Source: Rhynchopus sp. YZ270_cl-10 (Eukaryota). From it: a stretch of 64,000 nt of DNA. Below the pieces are notes generated by a model. That model was given only the letters and a program-made list of their open reading frames with translations, was not told the origin of the DNA and ran no database searches. Location: the NCBI GenBank assembly GCA_964035575.1, contig OZ037842.1, positions 1,178,001-1,242,000 of the forward strand, written 5' to 3'. The translations under genes were made by a program, and so were the position numbers. This document shows positions 23,693 to 36,019 of the stretch, piece after piece; position 1 is the first letter of the stretch, and every line of letters starts with the position of its first letter.

Positions 23693-25048
23693 ATGCTCCT
23701 GCGAAGTATCTTCAAACGCGCTGCGTCGTCAGCAGGTTATTTAGGCCCAAAACAGGTGATTTCATACGCAAAACCTGATGCTCGTATTTTGCATTTGTCC
23801 GGCCCCATCAAAATGGCAAGTTTAGACAAGGTAATGGCCCTGAAGGAAGCGATCACACCGGATGTCATCGTGGTGAGTGGAGGGCTTGTGGGTGAGGGGA
23901 GTTCTTTTTTGGATAAGGGGCGGACGATGGTGTCTGCGTTGAACGAGATTGGGGTCACCCATGTTAGTCTGGGGCGGAATGACCTGCTTTTACCCAAGCA
24001 CATCCTTGCGAAACGCATTCGCGAATTTCGGGGTGTCGTATTGTCGACCAATTTGGACGAGCCTGACCTCGCCACGAAGGAATATTCTGCCACAAAAGGG
24101 TGCGCTTTTACGGGAGTCACAGGTGGCGTATCACCGCGGTATTGTTTTGGGGAAAGCAGGCTGGAGGAGGCAATGCATCACGATCGGAAAAATGTTTTGT
24201 TTGTGAGCACTGCACAGACGGAGGCGGAGGATGTGCAGTTGACGGCAATACAAGGGGGCATCAATTTGAAGGCGAAACAACAAAGACCAAAGTCATTGCT
24301 AGCGTTGGTGCTTGGTTCACACCCTGCAGGGGCATATTCAAACATCGGCCGTAGCGAGAACCGCATCAGAATTGCGCACGCCCAAGACGGAGAGTTCACC
24401 GACATCGAATTCTATGATACCTCCCGCAAAAACATTGTTGCACGCACCCGAAAAATATCTGCCGTAAAAGGCACGGCAAAGTTCTTCAGCAAAACATTCT
24501 TTTCTGTTTTAAAGCGGTTTGCCGATTCGAAACGCGCTATCAACGATGTGATCATTCCTTCATCGGGTAGTTCGTTGGAAGAGTTGAAAGCGTCTTTGTT
24601 GGAATGTGTTAAGGATGTTTTGGAGGTCGATGTTTGCGTTGCGCACAACGGGAGTTTTGCGGGTTCTGCGAAAAATGACTATTCTAATACTAAATATGCG
24701 GATCTCAGCGAGATTCTCCCATACCCAACACAGATGACAGTGATTGGGATGAGTGGGAAGCTGTTGAGTGCGATGGTTTCATATACACCGCCCATGAGGG
24801 GACGTGGTGATGCACCTGATTTTAAGGAGAGATCGCTTGTCTTCAATACAACCTTCGAACACATGACAATCGAGGACCACAAAACATACCTAGTGGCAGT
24901 GCCGAAGCTTCTTGCGGGGGGGTTGTACAACATCAAGCACATTACATCCTCCACAAAGGGTACCATGCAGGATCATCCATCCGCACCGTTGTTGGACCTA
25001 ATAGGCGCAGCGGTGATGCAGGAGTTGCAAGAACGCCCGATTGAATGA
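23693..25048 (+). CDS. 5'-nucleotidase-like protein (metallophosphoesterase + C-terminal domain) with degenerate metal-binding motifs
   Basis: Fold-typical segments (KGRTMVSALNEIG, VLSTNL, HNGSF, EILPYP, MSGKLL) are present. However, the GD motif reads SGGL and GNHE reads GRND. The N-terminus looks like a mitochondrial presequence. Confidence 0.7.
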   Translation: MLLRSIFKRAASSAGYLGPKQVISYAKPDARILHLSGPIKMASLDKVMALKEAITPDVIVVSGGLVGEGSSFLDKGRTMVSALNEIGVTHVSLGRNDLLLPKHILAKRIREFRGVVLSTNLDEPDLATKEYSATKGCAFTGVTGGVSPRYCFGESRLEEAMHHDRKNVLFVSTAQTEAEDVQLTAIQGGINLKAKQQRPKSLLALVLGSHPAGAYSNIGRSENRIRIAHAQDGEFTDIEFYDTSRKNIVARTRKISAVKGTAKFFSKTFFSVLKRFADSKRAINDVIIPSSGSSLEELKASLLECVKDVLEVDVCVAHNGSFAGSAKNDYSNTKYADLSEILPYPTQMTVIGMSGKLLSAMVSYTPPMRGRGDAPDFKERSLVFNTTFEHMTIEDHKTYLVAVPKLLAGGLYNIKHITSSTKGTMQDHPSAPLLDLIGAAVMQELQERPIE

Positions 25049-25344
25049 GAAAAAAATCCGACAAATAATGAGTATGATAGCTCAATGCGAAAAATATGCT
25101 TTTCTTATGATAAGGTGACTAAGCACGAGAGGCTTAGGGTCATCTTATAAACTTTTCTTTTCTTCCAACCGCTCCCCTTCGGGGAGCACCATACAAAAAC
25201 AAATATGCCAATCTGATGATGCAAAACACAAAACCCTTCTCTTTTCACTTCACTCTTCCCCCTTCCCTCCACACCCATCATGCCAGAGGGGAGGACCCAT
25301 TCTTTCCCCTCCCCTCCCCTCCCCTCCTCCCCCACTCAAACACC

Positions 25345-28169
25345 ATGCCACCAAAAAGCCGACCTAATACCGGGAGTTCGCTGATTACTGCACCGAGGAG
25401 GAAAAGCAAGAATTCTGTGGGGAGGAGGAGGTCTTCGAATAATGGGAGGAGAGTAAGCAACACAGGCGGGAACGAGCTGAATGACAAAGAGGTGCCGGCG
25501 ACGGTGGATGTCGAGGAGATCCCTGGAGAGACACCCGAGGCGATGAATTCGCGCAAAGAGGAGAGCCTTGCCGAGGCAGATGCGGAGTCAGTCTCAGCAT
25601 CGCAAGGTGTTTCACCAGAACCTCCCTCCTCCGAAGTCCCAGACGAAGCAGATCTTGTCACCGACTCCGTCCACTCCGACAAACCCGATGACGAAACCCG
25701 CCGGATGTCTCTCGCAGAGCAAAAGAAAGAACAACGTGCCGTCCGCAAGAGACAGGTCTCCGAACAGTTCTTTGACGACATCGACGCCAATGGAGACGGA
25801 GAAATCGACCAACCAGAGCTAAAAGATGCGCTCACCGAAATGGGCGTGATAGGGCCAGAGAAAGAGGATATCGGACGCTTCTTTTTAACAGGAGATACGA
25901 TAAAGCTTGATGAGTTTCTTACGACAGATGTGCTAAAGAAGTTGAAGGATGTGCGGCTGGACTATGCAGAAGCGGATCTCCTGGAGGTGGAGGAGATTCG
26001 AACTGTGCGTGAGGAGGGTGGTGTTCCAAAGAGGTTCCTCCCGGATAGAATGGTGCGTGTGTTACTGGAGTTTGTTGATATTGCGTCATTGAAAACGCTG
26101 ACCGCAACGTCCTCTCAACTTCGCAAATGGGCTTCTACCGATGAATATTGGAAACGGAGTCTTTTAAAACGGCGGCGTCTGGAACAAATGAAGGCATCGT
26201 GCAATGTTCATATGATTCCAGAGATAAAATGTGGGACAAACTATTTTGGATGGTACATGGAATGGGTAAAAGCGCGGTGCTCCGAGGACGGCGTCAAATT
26301 GTGGTCGAAACGAATGGCGACAGAGCTAATGAACGACGGTGAACCTGGGGTGTTCACTACCCCAAAGATTCCGTCATGCCTGCACATCGCATCACCTCTC
26401 GAAGCAGCAGAGGCAAGCACAGAGGACGATGGTGCACCACCTCCACCACCACCACCACCAGAGCTCCCCCTCATGATCACAGGCGACGAGAAAGGAGACG
26501 TCCAGCTGCGCTGCTCATCTGCACCAGACCCACCACTAGAAACCCTCTCTGAACACGATGCAGTCATAACGTGCATTGCCTCGACAGACGAGAAGATCTT
26601 CACCGGGTCAGAAGACTGCACAACCTGCGTGTGGAAGCGTGGGGACTACACCCGCCCGCAATATAACCTCATCGGGCACACCGAAGCGATCTCTGTTATT
26701 GTATGCCATTTTTCACCTATCAGCGATTTTTTGCAAAATAAAAAAAAGGCTACGTGGTGTGGCCGATGAAAGGCTTTTTGTTGCCTGCCCACTTTCTCAC
26801 TCTTTTTTCCCGGTCATGTACCAAGGTATACTGTCGCGAGGGGGCTTTGTATTTCAAGTCAACTTTTTTTCAACGCAATCTGAAACAACCCGCAGGTTCC
26901 TTCCCCGGCAGACCCTATGATATGCGTGACAGGATCGATGGACCGCAAGGTTATCGTATGGGATCTCAACGCGCAAAAAGGGAAACGCAAAAGCTCCTCC
27001 GCAAAGCCGTCAGAGTTCGCCCAGCAGGTATCATACCACGACTTTCCTTTGGTTTTACTACAACTTAATGTTCGTGCCTTGCAAAGGATTCGGCTCATAT
27101 TTACAACAAGCTTTCAAATTGTTTTGTGCTTTGCATCTGACTCATCACATCTCGACTTTTCTTACACCTTTTCGCAGGTCACCCCTAGTGTAACTATGGA
27201 GGGGCACACCATGAAGGTCACGACGATTATTCTCAAACCCGGTTTGATTTTGAGTGCAGGGCGGGATTGCATGGTGTTTGGGTGGAATGGTGATGGGTCT
27301 GTGCGGTGGAAGCTTTCAGGACACATGGGCCCTGTGAACTGCTTGGGGCTCATGAGCCCTGCTTGCGTTGCGGGAACGACGGCGCTTGTGGCAGAGCCCT
27401 CTGTGTCAGTGCGGCGCCAGTCTGAAAGCAGCCAACGCTCCAGACGCCCTTCCTGCCGTTCCCAAAGAAACTCGACCACAAGCATTCCCGAAGAAACTGA
27501 CATCATTGTCTCCTGCTGTGGCGGCGGCCTCATCAAGTGTTGGTCCGCATCCGGAAAACAAGTCCTCACCAAACGCATCCACGAATCCCCCATCGAATGC
27601 CTCCAAACTGACAGCGAACGGCACCTCACAATCACCGGGTCCTGGGATAACCTGGTCACGATATTCAATACAGTATGCAAAAACACACCCAATTTGTTAT
27701 AATTTGAGTCTCGCAGGCGGGACGCAAAATAATTTTCTATGATATTTCCCTATCCCCCTTCCCCTAAAAAAAAACACGGTTGCCACTAAAAAAAATTCCT
27801 CAGTTGACAGAGACAATCGTAGGTGTGCTGAAAGGACACACCGGGTCGATCCGTTCACTGCACTACGATCCACTTCGTGCGAGGGTCATCACCGGGTCGG
27901 ACGATAAGAACATTGGGATGTACGATATCTCGTGTGTCAACCTTGCGCAGCAGGGTGGCGCAACGATGGAGGTGCAACCACATTACATGCTTACTGGGCC
28001 GAAGCAGCCAGTAACAGACGTAGTGGTGCTCCTTGAGGAGGACAATAGACTGCACAGCATGATGGCCATCGTGAAAGATCGCTCTGTCTATCACTGGAAG
28101 TTCCTGTCCGACTCCGCCGTGCAAAAGCTTGGTGTGTCGCACAAAAAGACGGCAGCCGTGGATGGATGA
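25345..28169 (+). CDS. EF-hand + F-box + WD40 repeat protein; exons 25345-26700, 26896-27027, 27178-27672, 27804-28169
   Basis: EF-hand DANGDGEIDQPEL, F-box-like LPDRMVRVLLEFVD...W, and WD40 motifs (TGSEDCT, TGSMDRKVIVWD, SAGRD, TGSWDN, GH...TGSDDK) joined by phase-0 GT-AG introns. Confidence 0.85.
26810..26867 (+). repeat. Hairpin element family D (representative copy): CCGGTCATTGTACCAA-GGTACA-CT-GTC-ACGAGAG-GGC-TT-TGTATT-TCAAGTCAAC-TTT
   Basis: Copies at ~3995, 11776, 13340, 18018 (apex deleted), 26810, 41464, 47549, 56705 and 59697. Longer copies extend 5' to aaatggat(g)ta (3962, 13300, ~41409). All on the + strand. Confidence 0.88.
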
Positions 28170-28333
28170 TTTTGTGAACGAATTCACAAAAGAGACAGTG
28201 GAGATTGCACAAACTGTGGCAACACAACCGAGGCACTACAACAATTTATCAGAGGAAAAAAAAAATGCCGGTACTGACGTGCTTGCATGAGTCAGTAGAA
28301 TTGTCAAAACAAAAGGGGGTTTTAGAAAAGGAG

Positions 28334-28369
28334 AAAAAATAGTGCAGCTCATCCTCGCATGTCTACACT
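28334..28369 (-). repeat. Hairpin element family F (reads GTGTAG-ACAT-GCGAG-GATG-AG-CTGCAC-TATTTTTT on the minus strand)
   Basis: Minus-strand copies at ~28334, 39929, 54321 and 57625, and one + strand copy at ~7602. Confidence 0.7.
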
Positions 28370-28607
28370 AATACCAAGTTTCAACAAAAAAAGAATAAAA
28401 AAAAAAGGGAACATTTGTATTGGGAGTGGCACATCAAACCATGCATGTCAAGTACTTCAAGTACTGGGGTTTTTCGACTTTCGAGTACTTTTTTCTTTTC
28501 AAGTACTTTGGACATCCATGGCAAAAGAGGTGCACTAAAAAATATAAATACAGGCAACTTACGGCGCCCGTGTTTTGTATTTTTTTTTTCTTTTCTGGGG
28601 TTTATTT

Positions 28608-29165
28608 CAGGGGACATTGGTAGTTTGAGATTTTGAAAAAAAAGCCGGTGTGAGCCAAAAAAGCCGGTGTGAGGCATTTTTTTTTCCCCCACGCATTTTT
28701 GGCAGAGACCTCCACAACTCTTTCCCCTCCGCGCCCTTGTCTGGCCATATGGTATCAAAACTTTTCTGGCGAAGCCACGGTACGCAACATTTCAAAAATT
28801 GTGACATAAAATCGCACGCTTTTATAGCCAAACTATGGTATAGGTAGCTGTGACTATGGCGCAGGGTAGAGCTGTGGGCTACCGCTCGTCATTTTTAGCT
28901 GCGCCGCAGGCGCACGGTACGCTACTTTTTTATGAGAGTTGCGAACATCTATTTCTTTTGCTTGAACGGACTGATTGGTCTTTATGGTGGGGTCACATGC
29001 ACATAAGAAACCGCTACAGATGTGGTTGTAGCCTTGTATGAGGAGATAAAATTCAGAAAAAAATTCAAAAATCCGCCTTTTTCTTTTTTTTTTTTTTTCC
29101 TCAAAATCCCACACCGGCTTATCCGGTGTGGCCACACCGGCACACCGGCATACTAATGTCCCCTG
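28608..29165. mobile_element. hAT-type MITE (558 bp)
   Basis: 15-bp TIRs caggggacattggta / tactaatgtcccctg (1 mismatch). Exact 8-bp TSD gtttattt at 28600-28607 and 29166-29173. Subterminal (g)ccggtgtg repeats in both orientations. Confidence 0.9.
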
Positions 29166-30125
29166 GTTTATTTTCTCTCTTTTATCTTGGGGTCAGTTTT
29201 GTACATTTTCATGGAGAGAGATGTGTATCATTTGTGAAATAAAACTCTCTTTTGGGGGTTCCATAACCCATTGGAAGAGCAATGTCTGCGTCGTACGGTG
29301 TGGTGTTAAAGACGTCATATCCCTACCACCTTTGCAGTAAACCTTGAGGCCCTATGAGCCGTATGTTTTGCACATATCAAATTTCACATTTTTGAGATAC
29401 GGTGTCTAAAGCGCTGAGAGGCTCTCTTACTAACTTTTTTTTGATATTTTTTTTTTGAACCCTATTTCGTACTTAGTCAGAAATAGGCGCATCTTCACCA
29501 TGCCTTAGGCGTATCTCCACCAACAGCCTTTTTTCAGGTTTTTTTGTTGGTAGAAAGTTGAAAACTTAGGCCAAGCCCTGCATGATATTCAGTGTTCCCC
29601 CCCCCCCCCCCCCCCCCTTTGAGAAAACTCATGGTGGTCAATTCCATTTTTCGGTAAAAACATCTTCATATTTCTTGCTTTGAATGAACTCGGCAGAGAT
29701 GCGTTTTATCACGTTTCAACTCTTTCTTTTTGCTCTGTAAGATGCAAAAATGTGACCGCGAGGCCCGGTTGATCTTCCAAAATATCTCCCTTTTTTTTTG
29801 TTCTTCTCTCACCAAAAAACCCCCCATTTACTGCTTTTCTCTGCTTCCGTGGAGAGGGAAAGTACACTCCTACTCCTTTCTTCCCCCCCAAGAAAAATGT
29901 CTGAAAAAAAAAAAAACCACTTTTTTCCCCCCACAATTCGATGACCCCCCCCCTCCGCACTCAACGAGACGCAGCTTGGTAGAACCATCCCTGCTGCATA
30001 CCATAGATCTCTCTTATTGTCAAACCTCTTCTCCTTTTCCCCCACACACATTCTTTTACAGTACCTCCCCTCTCCCCCCATTGAACCTTTGAATCACGAT
30101 CTTTGAATTGGCCAAAACAGTCAAA

Positions 30126-31130
30126 ATGGAGGTTTGCCTTGAACTCTGTGGATCTGTCTATTTTGTTCCAATTTCCGAGCACGCGAAAATCCGCGACCTC
30201 CGGAGGAGTGCATGCGAGTTGTGGGAAATGGAGGATGACAGCTTTTTTTTGAGGGCGGAGGATGGAAGCTTTTATCAAGAGGAGGATGCGTTTGTGGCAG
30301 ACGTCTTGGGCGGCGATGTGGTGCAGGTAGAACCGAACAGACGGTACACCGCAAAAAGAGTTCTCCGCGAACACTGGAAGATAAACGGCGACTACGCCAA
30401 CGCGCTCATCGCTCTCCTCAACCGCTGTGTACATGGCGTCGAAGGTGCACGCTTTCCCCCTCGCCCCACCGCTTCTCCAGCCCCTTCCATTGTCCCTGTC
30501 ACCACCGAAGATGATATTGTGGTCCCCCTCCTTTGGGACTGCATCGATGACATCAACGAAACGGATACATGGGGGTCAAGCCTGTTGGTCAGAGCGTGCG
30601 ATGGGGGACACCAAGAATCGGTGAGTCGCTTGCTAGATATGGGGGCTGATGTGAATATGACGAATCATGCGAGGCAGACACCTCTGATTTGTGCTGCGAA
30701 GCGTGGTCATATCGGGATTGCAGCGTTGTTGATTACACGAGGTGCGGTGGTGGATACGAGAGATGCGAATGGGTGGACCGCGTGGATGCATTCGTACGCA
30801 GCGTCTCCTACAGGGGCCGCCTATCTAAGGGATCTATCACAACGTGGCTTCCTCCGTTGCATCTGGGAAGCAATCGAAATGTGGTCCGACGACGTGCAGT
30901 TCATGGCCGCGCTCTCCATAGGCACCCCCGTCTTCCTTCTGATATACCTGCAAAGCGAAGGGCTGCTCTCGCAGTCCACCGTCACCTCAACCTGTGGGAT
31001 GGGAGCTCTTCTCGGTTATATCGGGTTGATTTCCTTCGTAGGAGCGAGGCTCCTTATTTGTGCCATGTCCATGGCATGTGTCGGAGGTCTTCTCTCGCGT
31101 GTCCTCAAATTTTTCAGGGATATGTCGTAA
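30126..31130 (+). CDS. Ankyrin-repeat protein with C-terminal hydrophobic (TM) segments
   Basis: Ankyrin motifs GSSLLVRAC..GH..LLDMGADVN and TPLICAAKRGH..LLITRGA, followed by a hydrophobic C-terminus. Confidence 0.85.
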   Translation: MEVCLELCGSVYFVPISEHAKIRDLRRSACELWEMEDDSFFLRAEDGSFYQEEDAFVADVLGGDVVQVEPNRRYTAKRVLREHWKINGDYANALIALLNRCVHGVEGARFPPRPTASPAPSIVPVTTEDDIVVPLLWDCIDDINETDTWGSSLLVRACDGGHQESVSRLLDMGADVNMTNHARQTPLICAAKRGHIGIAALLITRGAVVDTRDANGWTAWMHSYAASPTGAAYLRDLSQRGFLRCIWEAIEMWSDDVQFMAALSIGTPVFLLIYLQSEGLLSQSTVTSTCGMGALLGYIGLISFVGARLLICAMSMACVGGLLSRVLKFFRDMS

Positions 31131-32479
31131 AAGGGGTTGTAGATATATGACTGAGATGCGTTTTTTAGCATGTTTCAACTACTCTTTTGTTAATGGTGGG
31201 GGTGATCATAGGTGGGAAATTCCTGCAAAATATGTAAAATGGAGATGATTTTTTTTTGAGTTGTAAACGGGAATCTCAAGAATTCATTGTGTATGGGGGG
31301 GGGTAGGGGGAGCAGTGAGACCCTTTTTTCTGTCACACCCCCCAAAAAATCATGAAAAAGTGTAAAAAAAATATCCGAAAACACAATACCACCCCAGAAA
31401 ACACATTTGTGGGACTATTTCTTACGTTTTGGTGCCTTTTTGGCACTTTTTGGCACTTTTTTTCTCGATTTTTCGACACTTTTTGTCGCGTTTTCACCCA
31501 AATTCCCCCTTTTCAGAGGGGATTTGATACAAGGCGATTTATCAAAAAATTCAAAATTTTGAAATAGCCCAAAACAAGAGGAAAAGTGGTTTTTTCCAGT
31601 CATATGTGTGCACGGAGTGATTTCCGTGGGGTTTTGGAGCCAAAAGTCCAGTTTTTTTCATGTCTTTGCTGAAAATTTTGAATTTTTTTTATACACAAAA
31701 ACCACATTTTAGCCGGGAGGAAGAAGTGTGACAGAAGTGTGACATCTGAGAGGTTTCGAGCCAGAGGTCACCAAAATGGGCAAAACCATCTGAAAACAAT
31801 TTTTTCCACCCCCAGTGGGGTCCGGCAATCACTTTCGAGTGGTTTTGGGGACTTATGTGAACCTGTGGACAATTTTTTTGGGGTTTTTATGTGTGTAAAC
31901 ATGCTAAGAAGCGAGGGCAGTACTGCTTTTTTAAGTGTTTCAGACACTACAGAATACATCTGGGGCCCACACAGGACCCCTAAAAGCTGCAAAAACCATA
32001 CATTTCCACCCTGGGACCCCACCGGATGTGGACCGAGGTGGTTTTCGGGTGCTTAGAAGGCCTAATGTCTCCTCAAATATTTTTTTTGAAAAGTGTTGAA
32101 AATTGACCCAATAGCGTTACGCGAGCGTTACGCATTTTTGGCCTTTTTTTCACAAAAAACCGATTTTTTTTAATCAGGAAAGTCTCTGTAGAGGTTGTCA
32201 GGTGGTTTAATGGGATATTTGGGCGATCCCCAGGGCGATTTGCGGCCAGGTACGACCTTTTTGGTGGATTTCTTCACCTAAATTTCAAAAAAATGGGTTT
32301 GTGACAGTATTTGTACAGGGATTTATACACCACTGACCCCCCTAATGGGGGGGGGGGGGTAGGGGGGGGCAAAACCTTCAGGACGGGTGAGGCATTTTTG
32401 GAAAAAGTGGTTTTGTGAGCAAAAAACCTGTCAACACCCCTCATACCCCCCAGAAATGGGTCAGAAACACCCTGAGACC

Positions 32480-33420
32480 CGAAAATCCATGATTAGGGCA
32501 CCTCAGAATATGAAAAAATGCAAAAAAATAATAGTGAAAAAGTGGCTTTTGACGGTTTTGGCCATGTTGGGTAAAATGGCCATTTTTTGAGAAAAAAATC
32601 AAAAAAACAGCAAAATTTCGACATCATGACAGCTGCTTGGGCACGAAACTACCCCAAAAATGTCCTGTGAGTCCATTCCGACCTGTTTTGGACACTTTAG
32701 GCACTTGTTTTGGTGTTTTTTTGGTGTTTTGAGGTCAAAAAAGATCCCCTGACTATCCCCTGGCAGCCCTGGGCCGCGACTTGCGCCCTGCTTTTAGACC
32801 CACTCTGGGCCAAAAAATGGGCGAAAACCTCCGAAAAAGCACTCTGGGAGCCCAGATAGTTCCAAATTTCCACCGCACACCCTCAAAAACACCTCAAAAA
32901 CATGTCAGAAAAACATTTTCAAAAACACACTTTTTCAAATAAGTCATTATGGAACCTGCCCAGATGAACTTTTTGAAAAAAGTGTGTTTTTGAAAATATT
33001 TTTCTGGCATGTTTTTGAGGTGTTTGGGTGGGTTTCTGGTGGATATATGGAACTATCTGGGTCCCCGGAGTGCTTTTTCGAGGGTTTTCACCCATTTTTT
33101 GGCCCAGAGGGGGTCCAAAAGCAGGGCGCAAGTCGCGGCCCAGGGCTGCCAGGGGATAGTCAGGGGATCTTTTTTGACCTCAAAACACCAAAAAAACACC
33201 AAAAAAGGCGATAAATGTGTTCAAAACAGGTCGGAATGGACTCGCGGGACATTTTTGGGGCATATTTGTGCCCAGACAGGCCTAATGATGACAAATTTTT
33301 GCTTTTTTTTTTGAAATATTGGTCAAAAATGGCCATTTTGACCAAAATGGCCCAAACGGCCAAAATGGTCTATTTTTGCTATTTTTTTCCATTTTTTTGT
33401 ATCTCTGGGGTGTCTCACCT
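32480..33420. repeat. Large diverged palindrome (foldback), centre ~32955
   Basis: Arms at ~32500-32945 and ~32965-33410 are reverse complements (e.g. gatcccctgactatcccctggcagccctgggccgcgacttgcgccctgc, with its complement at ~33121-33169) around a very short loop. Confidence 0.85.
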
Positions 33421-33600
33421 ATAGAACACCCCCAAACCACACCCCAAAACCATCTCTGACCCGAAATTTTCGGTGGTTTGCGGGTACTTTGCACGTAAAT
33501 CCAAAAAAATCGAAATGCCTCAAAAAAATAGGGGTTTTGCCCCCACCTAGGGGGGGGGGGGGTAGGGGATACGACTCCAGCCATTTTGGCTGGGACCAAA

Positions 33601-34729
33601 CGCACGGAAAATTCATTTGGCATTATCTGGTCATCTCCAAGGCAACTGCGGGTGAAAAACACCCTCAGAGTGGGTCACAGGGGGCCTGTGGGTCGAAAAA
33701 CGACCCAGAAGCCACCCCAGAATACAAAAAAATGGAAAAAAAATAGTGAAAAAACGGCTTTTTTCACGTTTTGGCCACTTTGGGCAAAATAGCGATTTTT
33801 CGAGAAAAAAATCAAAAACCGGGATATTTTTTGACATCACAAAGCCTCCTTTGGCACAAATATACCCCAAAAGTGGCCTGTGAGTCCATTCCAACCTGTT
33901 TTGGACATATTTGACACTTTTGGAAGTGTTTTTTTGGTGTTTTTAGGTCAAAAAAATGCCCAAGACGTCCCCAAGACATCCCCAAGACACTTTGCACACC
34001 CCCTGTTACGGTCATATTTTTTTCGTTTTTTTGCCTGAAACCCCCAAAATACCCCTCCCGGACCCCACATAGTCCCGAATATCCATCACACACCCACTCA
34101 GAGTGAGTAGAAGCACCCCAAAAAAAATATTTTTTAAAGCCCTAAAATTGTGCTTCAGTTTCGGCAGCATCCATGTTGAAGTTGAAGGGCTTTAAAAAAT
34201 ATTTTTTTTGGGGTGCTTCTACTCACTCTGAGTGGGTGTGTGATGGATATTCGGGACTATGTGGGGTCCGGGAGGGGTATTTTGGGGGTTTCAGGCAAAA
34301 AAACGAAAAAAATATGACCGTAACAGGGGGTGTGCAAAGTGTCTTGGGGATGTCTTGGGGACGTCTTGGGCATTTTTTTGACCTAAAAACACCAAAAAAA
34401 ACACTTCCAAAAGTGTCAAATATGTCCAAAACAGGTTGGAATGGACTCACAGGCCACTTTTGGGGTATATTTGTGCCAAAGGAGGCTTTGTGATGTCAAA
34501 AAATATCCCGGTTTTTGATTTTTTTCTCGAAAAATCGCTATTTTGCCCAAAGTGGCCAAAACGTGAAAAAAGCCGTTTTTTCACTATTTTTTTTCCATTT
34601 TTTTGTATTCTGGGGTGGCTTCTGGGTCGTTTTTCGACCCACAGGCCCCCTGTGACCCACTCTGAGGGTGTTTTTCACCCGCAGTTGCCTTGGAGATGAC
34701 CAGATAATGCCAAATGAATTTTCCGTGCG
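33601..34729. repeat. Near-perfect 543-bp inverted repeat with 42-bp spacer
   Basis: 33601-34143 is the reverse complement of 34186-34729. The identical 87-aa ORFs 33631-33894(-) and 34436-34699(+) confirm this. Confidence 0.95.
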
Positions 34730-35855
34730 CAAAAAATGGCTGGAGTCGTACCCCCTAAGGGGGGGGGGGGGGGGGGGGGGTTGAATAGGTTGGGGGGAAG
34801 GTGGGTTTTGGTTTGACAAAAAAACTTTTCAGTTTTTTTCTTTTCTTTTTTTCTCGAGAGGTTACTCTCAAGCAAATACACATTTATCTATAAAATGTTT
34901 TGCGGGTCGTCTGTTTTGATGTATTGTTTTTTGAAGATAGATGCGCTTAAGAGGTGCTTCCATCTATTTTTTTTCAGTGTATGCGTCCGCCGAACGGTGA
35001 TGTGTTTTGCACTTTCAACTTCCCTTTCTTTTCTGTTATGTGAAATGCTTTTTATCAGTCTTCGTGTGATTGTTATGTTTTTGAGACACCCAATCTGTAG
35101 TCGTATCCTCATTACAGCCGAGAAGGATAACTAGAAGGGTACACACCCCGCACACATCGCAGTAAACGGGATGTGTGACGTTCTTTGTGTTACACGGGTC
35201 GTTAATCCAAAGCGTTTGGCGCACTTTGAAGTTTTGCCCAGCCTTGGAGTAACAGTTTTGTCGTGTCATTCTTGCCCGCTTCACCCTCCCCGACCCCTCC
35301 TATAGTACGTTTCTTTGGAATCAAATGTGCCATCGCCATTTTGCTTTATTAAAAACTTCGAAAGTTAGGCCATTTTATTGTGGTTCGCTAGGTGACGTTT
35401 GTTGTGCCAAAAAAAAAATCCTCCAATTATTCCCGTTCTTTTGTGCTTCCCATGCTGGGTTGGTATAACTTCAGAACGGAGATTTGTCCCTCCTTTCCCC
35501 CCTTCGTCGATGCAGGACTATGTGACACACCTTTGGAAAATGTCCCCTCTTCCCTCCCCCTCCATCTGGTTAAAGGCGATCCAATATAGTTAGGTGATAT
35601 ACCATCCCCAACAAAAACAAAAAAAATGTCTTTTTTTATAGTCGAAAAAGAGGGTCAGGTCTGTGTGTGTGTGTTTTTTTTGCCTCTCCCCCCTCCCCCC
35701 GGTGTTCTGGTTACCAGAGGTATATTGTTTGCGATGTATTTTTTTTTTTTTTTTTGCACTTTCAACTTCTCTTTAAATTTGAATGAGCTCGACTGATATG
35801 CGTTTTATTACTGTTTTCAAATTCAAGATCTGCCGCAAATCATGCCTTTTCTGTT

Positions 35856-35892
<37 letters not shown>

Positions 35893-35974
35893 AGAAGAGA
35901 AGTGAGAGACGCGCATTGTCATGGTGTGTTAATCTGGAAACGCCAGGTGTTTGCAACTGGCAACTTCTCTTCCC

Positions 35975-36019
35975 AAGGTGACTAAGCACGAGAGGCTTAG
36001 GATCATCTTATAAACTTTT
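35975..36019 (+). repeat. Hairpin element family A (representative copy): AAGGTGA-CTAAGC-ACGAGAG-GCTTAG-NN-TCATCTT-ATAAAC-TTTT
   Basis: Copies at ~11880, 12572, 25112, 35975, 36854, 40045, 40865, 44685, 46886, 47687, 50040, 58387, 62857 and 63711, all on the + strand. Confidence 0.9.

Noticed and set aside
28439..28521. Small element with ccatgcatgtc / gacatccatgg ends and agtact repeats
   Set aside because: No TSD was found and there is no second copy in the window, so it is too weak to call.
35975..36019. ACGAGAGG apex as rRNA sarcin-ricin loop, or the hairpin as group II intron domain V
   Set aside because: It lacks the AGUA/GAA flanks of the sarcin-ricin loop and any rRNA context. It also lacks the AGC triad and domain VI. 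The resemblance is only in shape.
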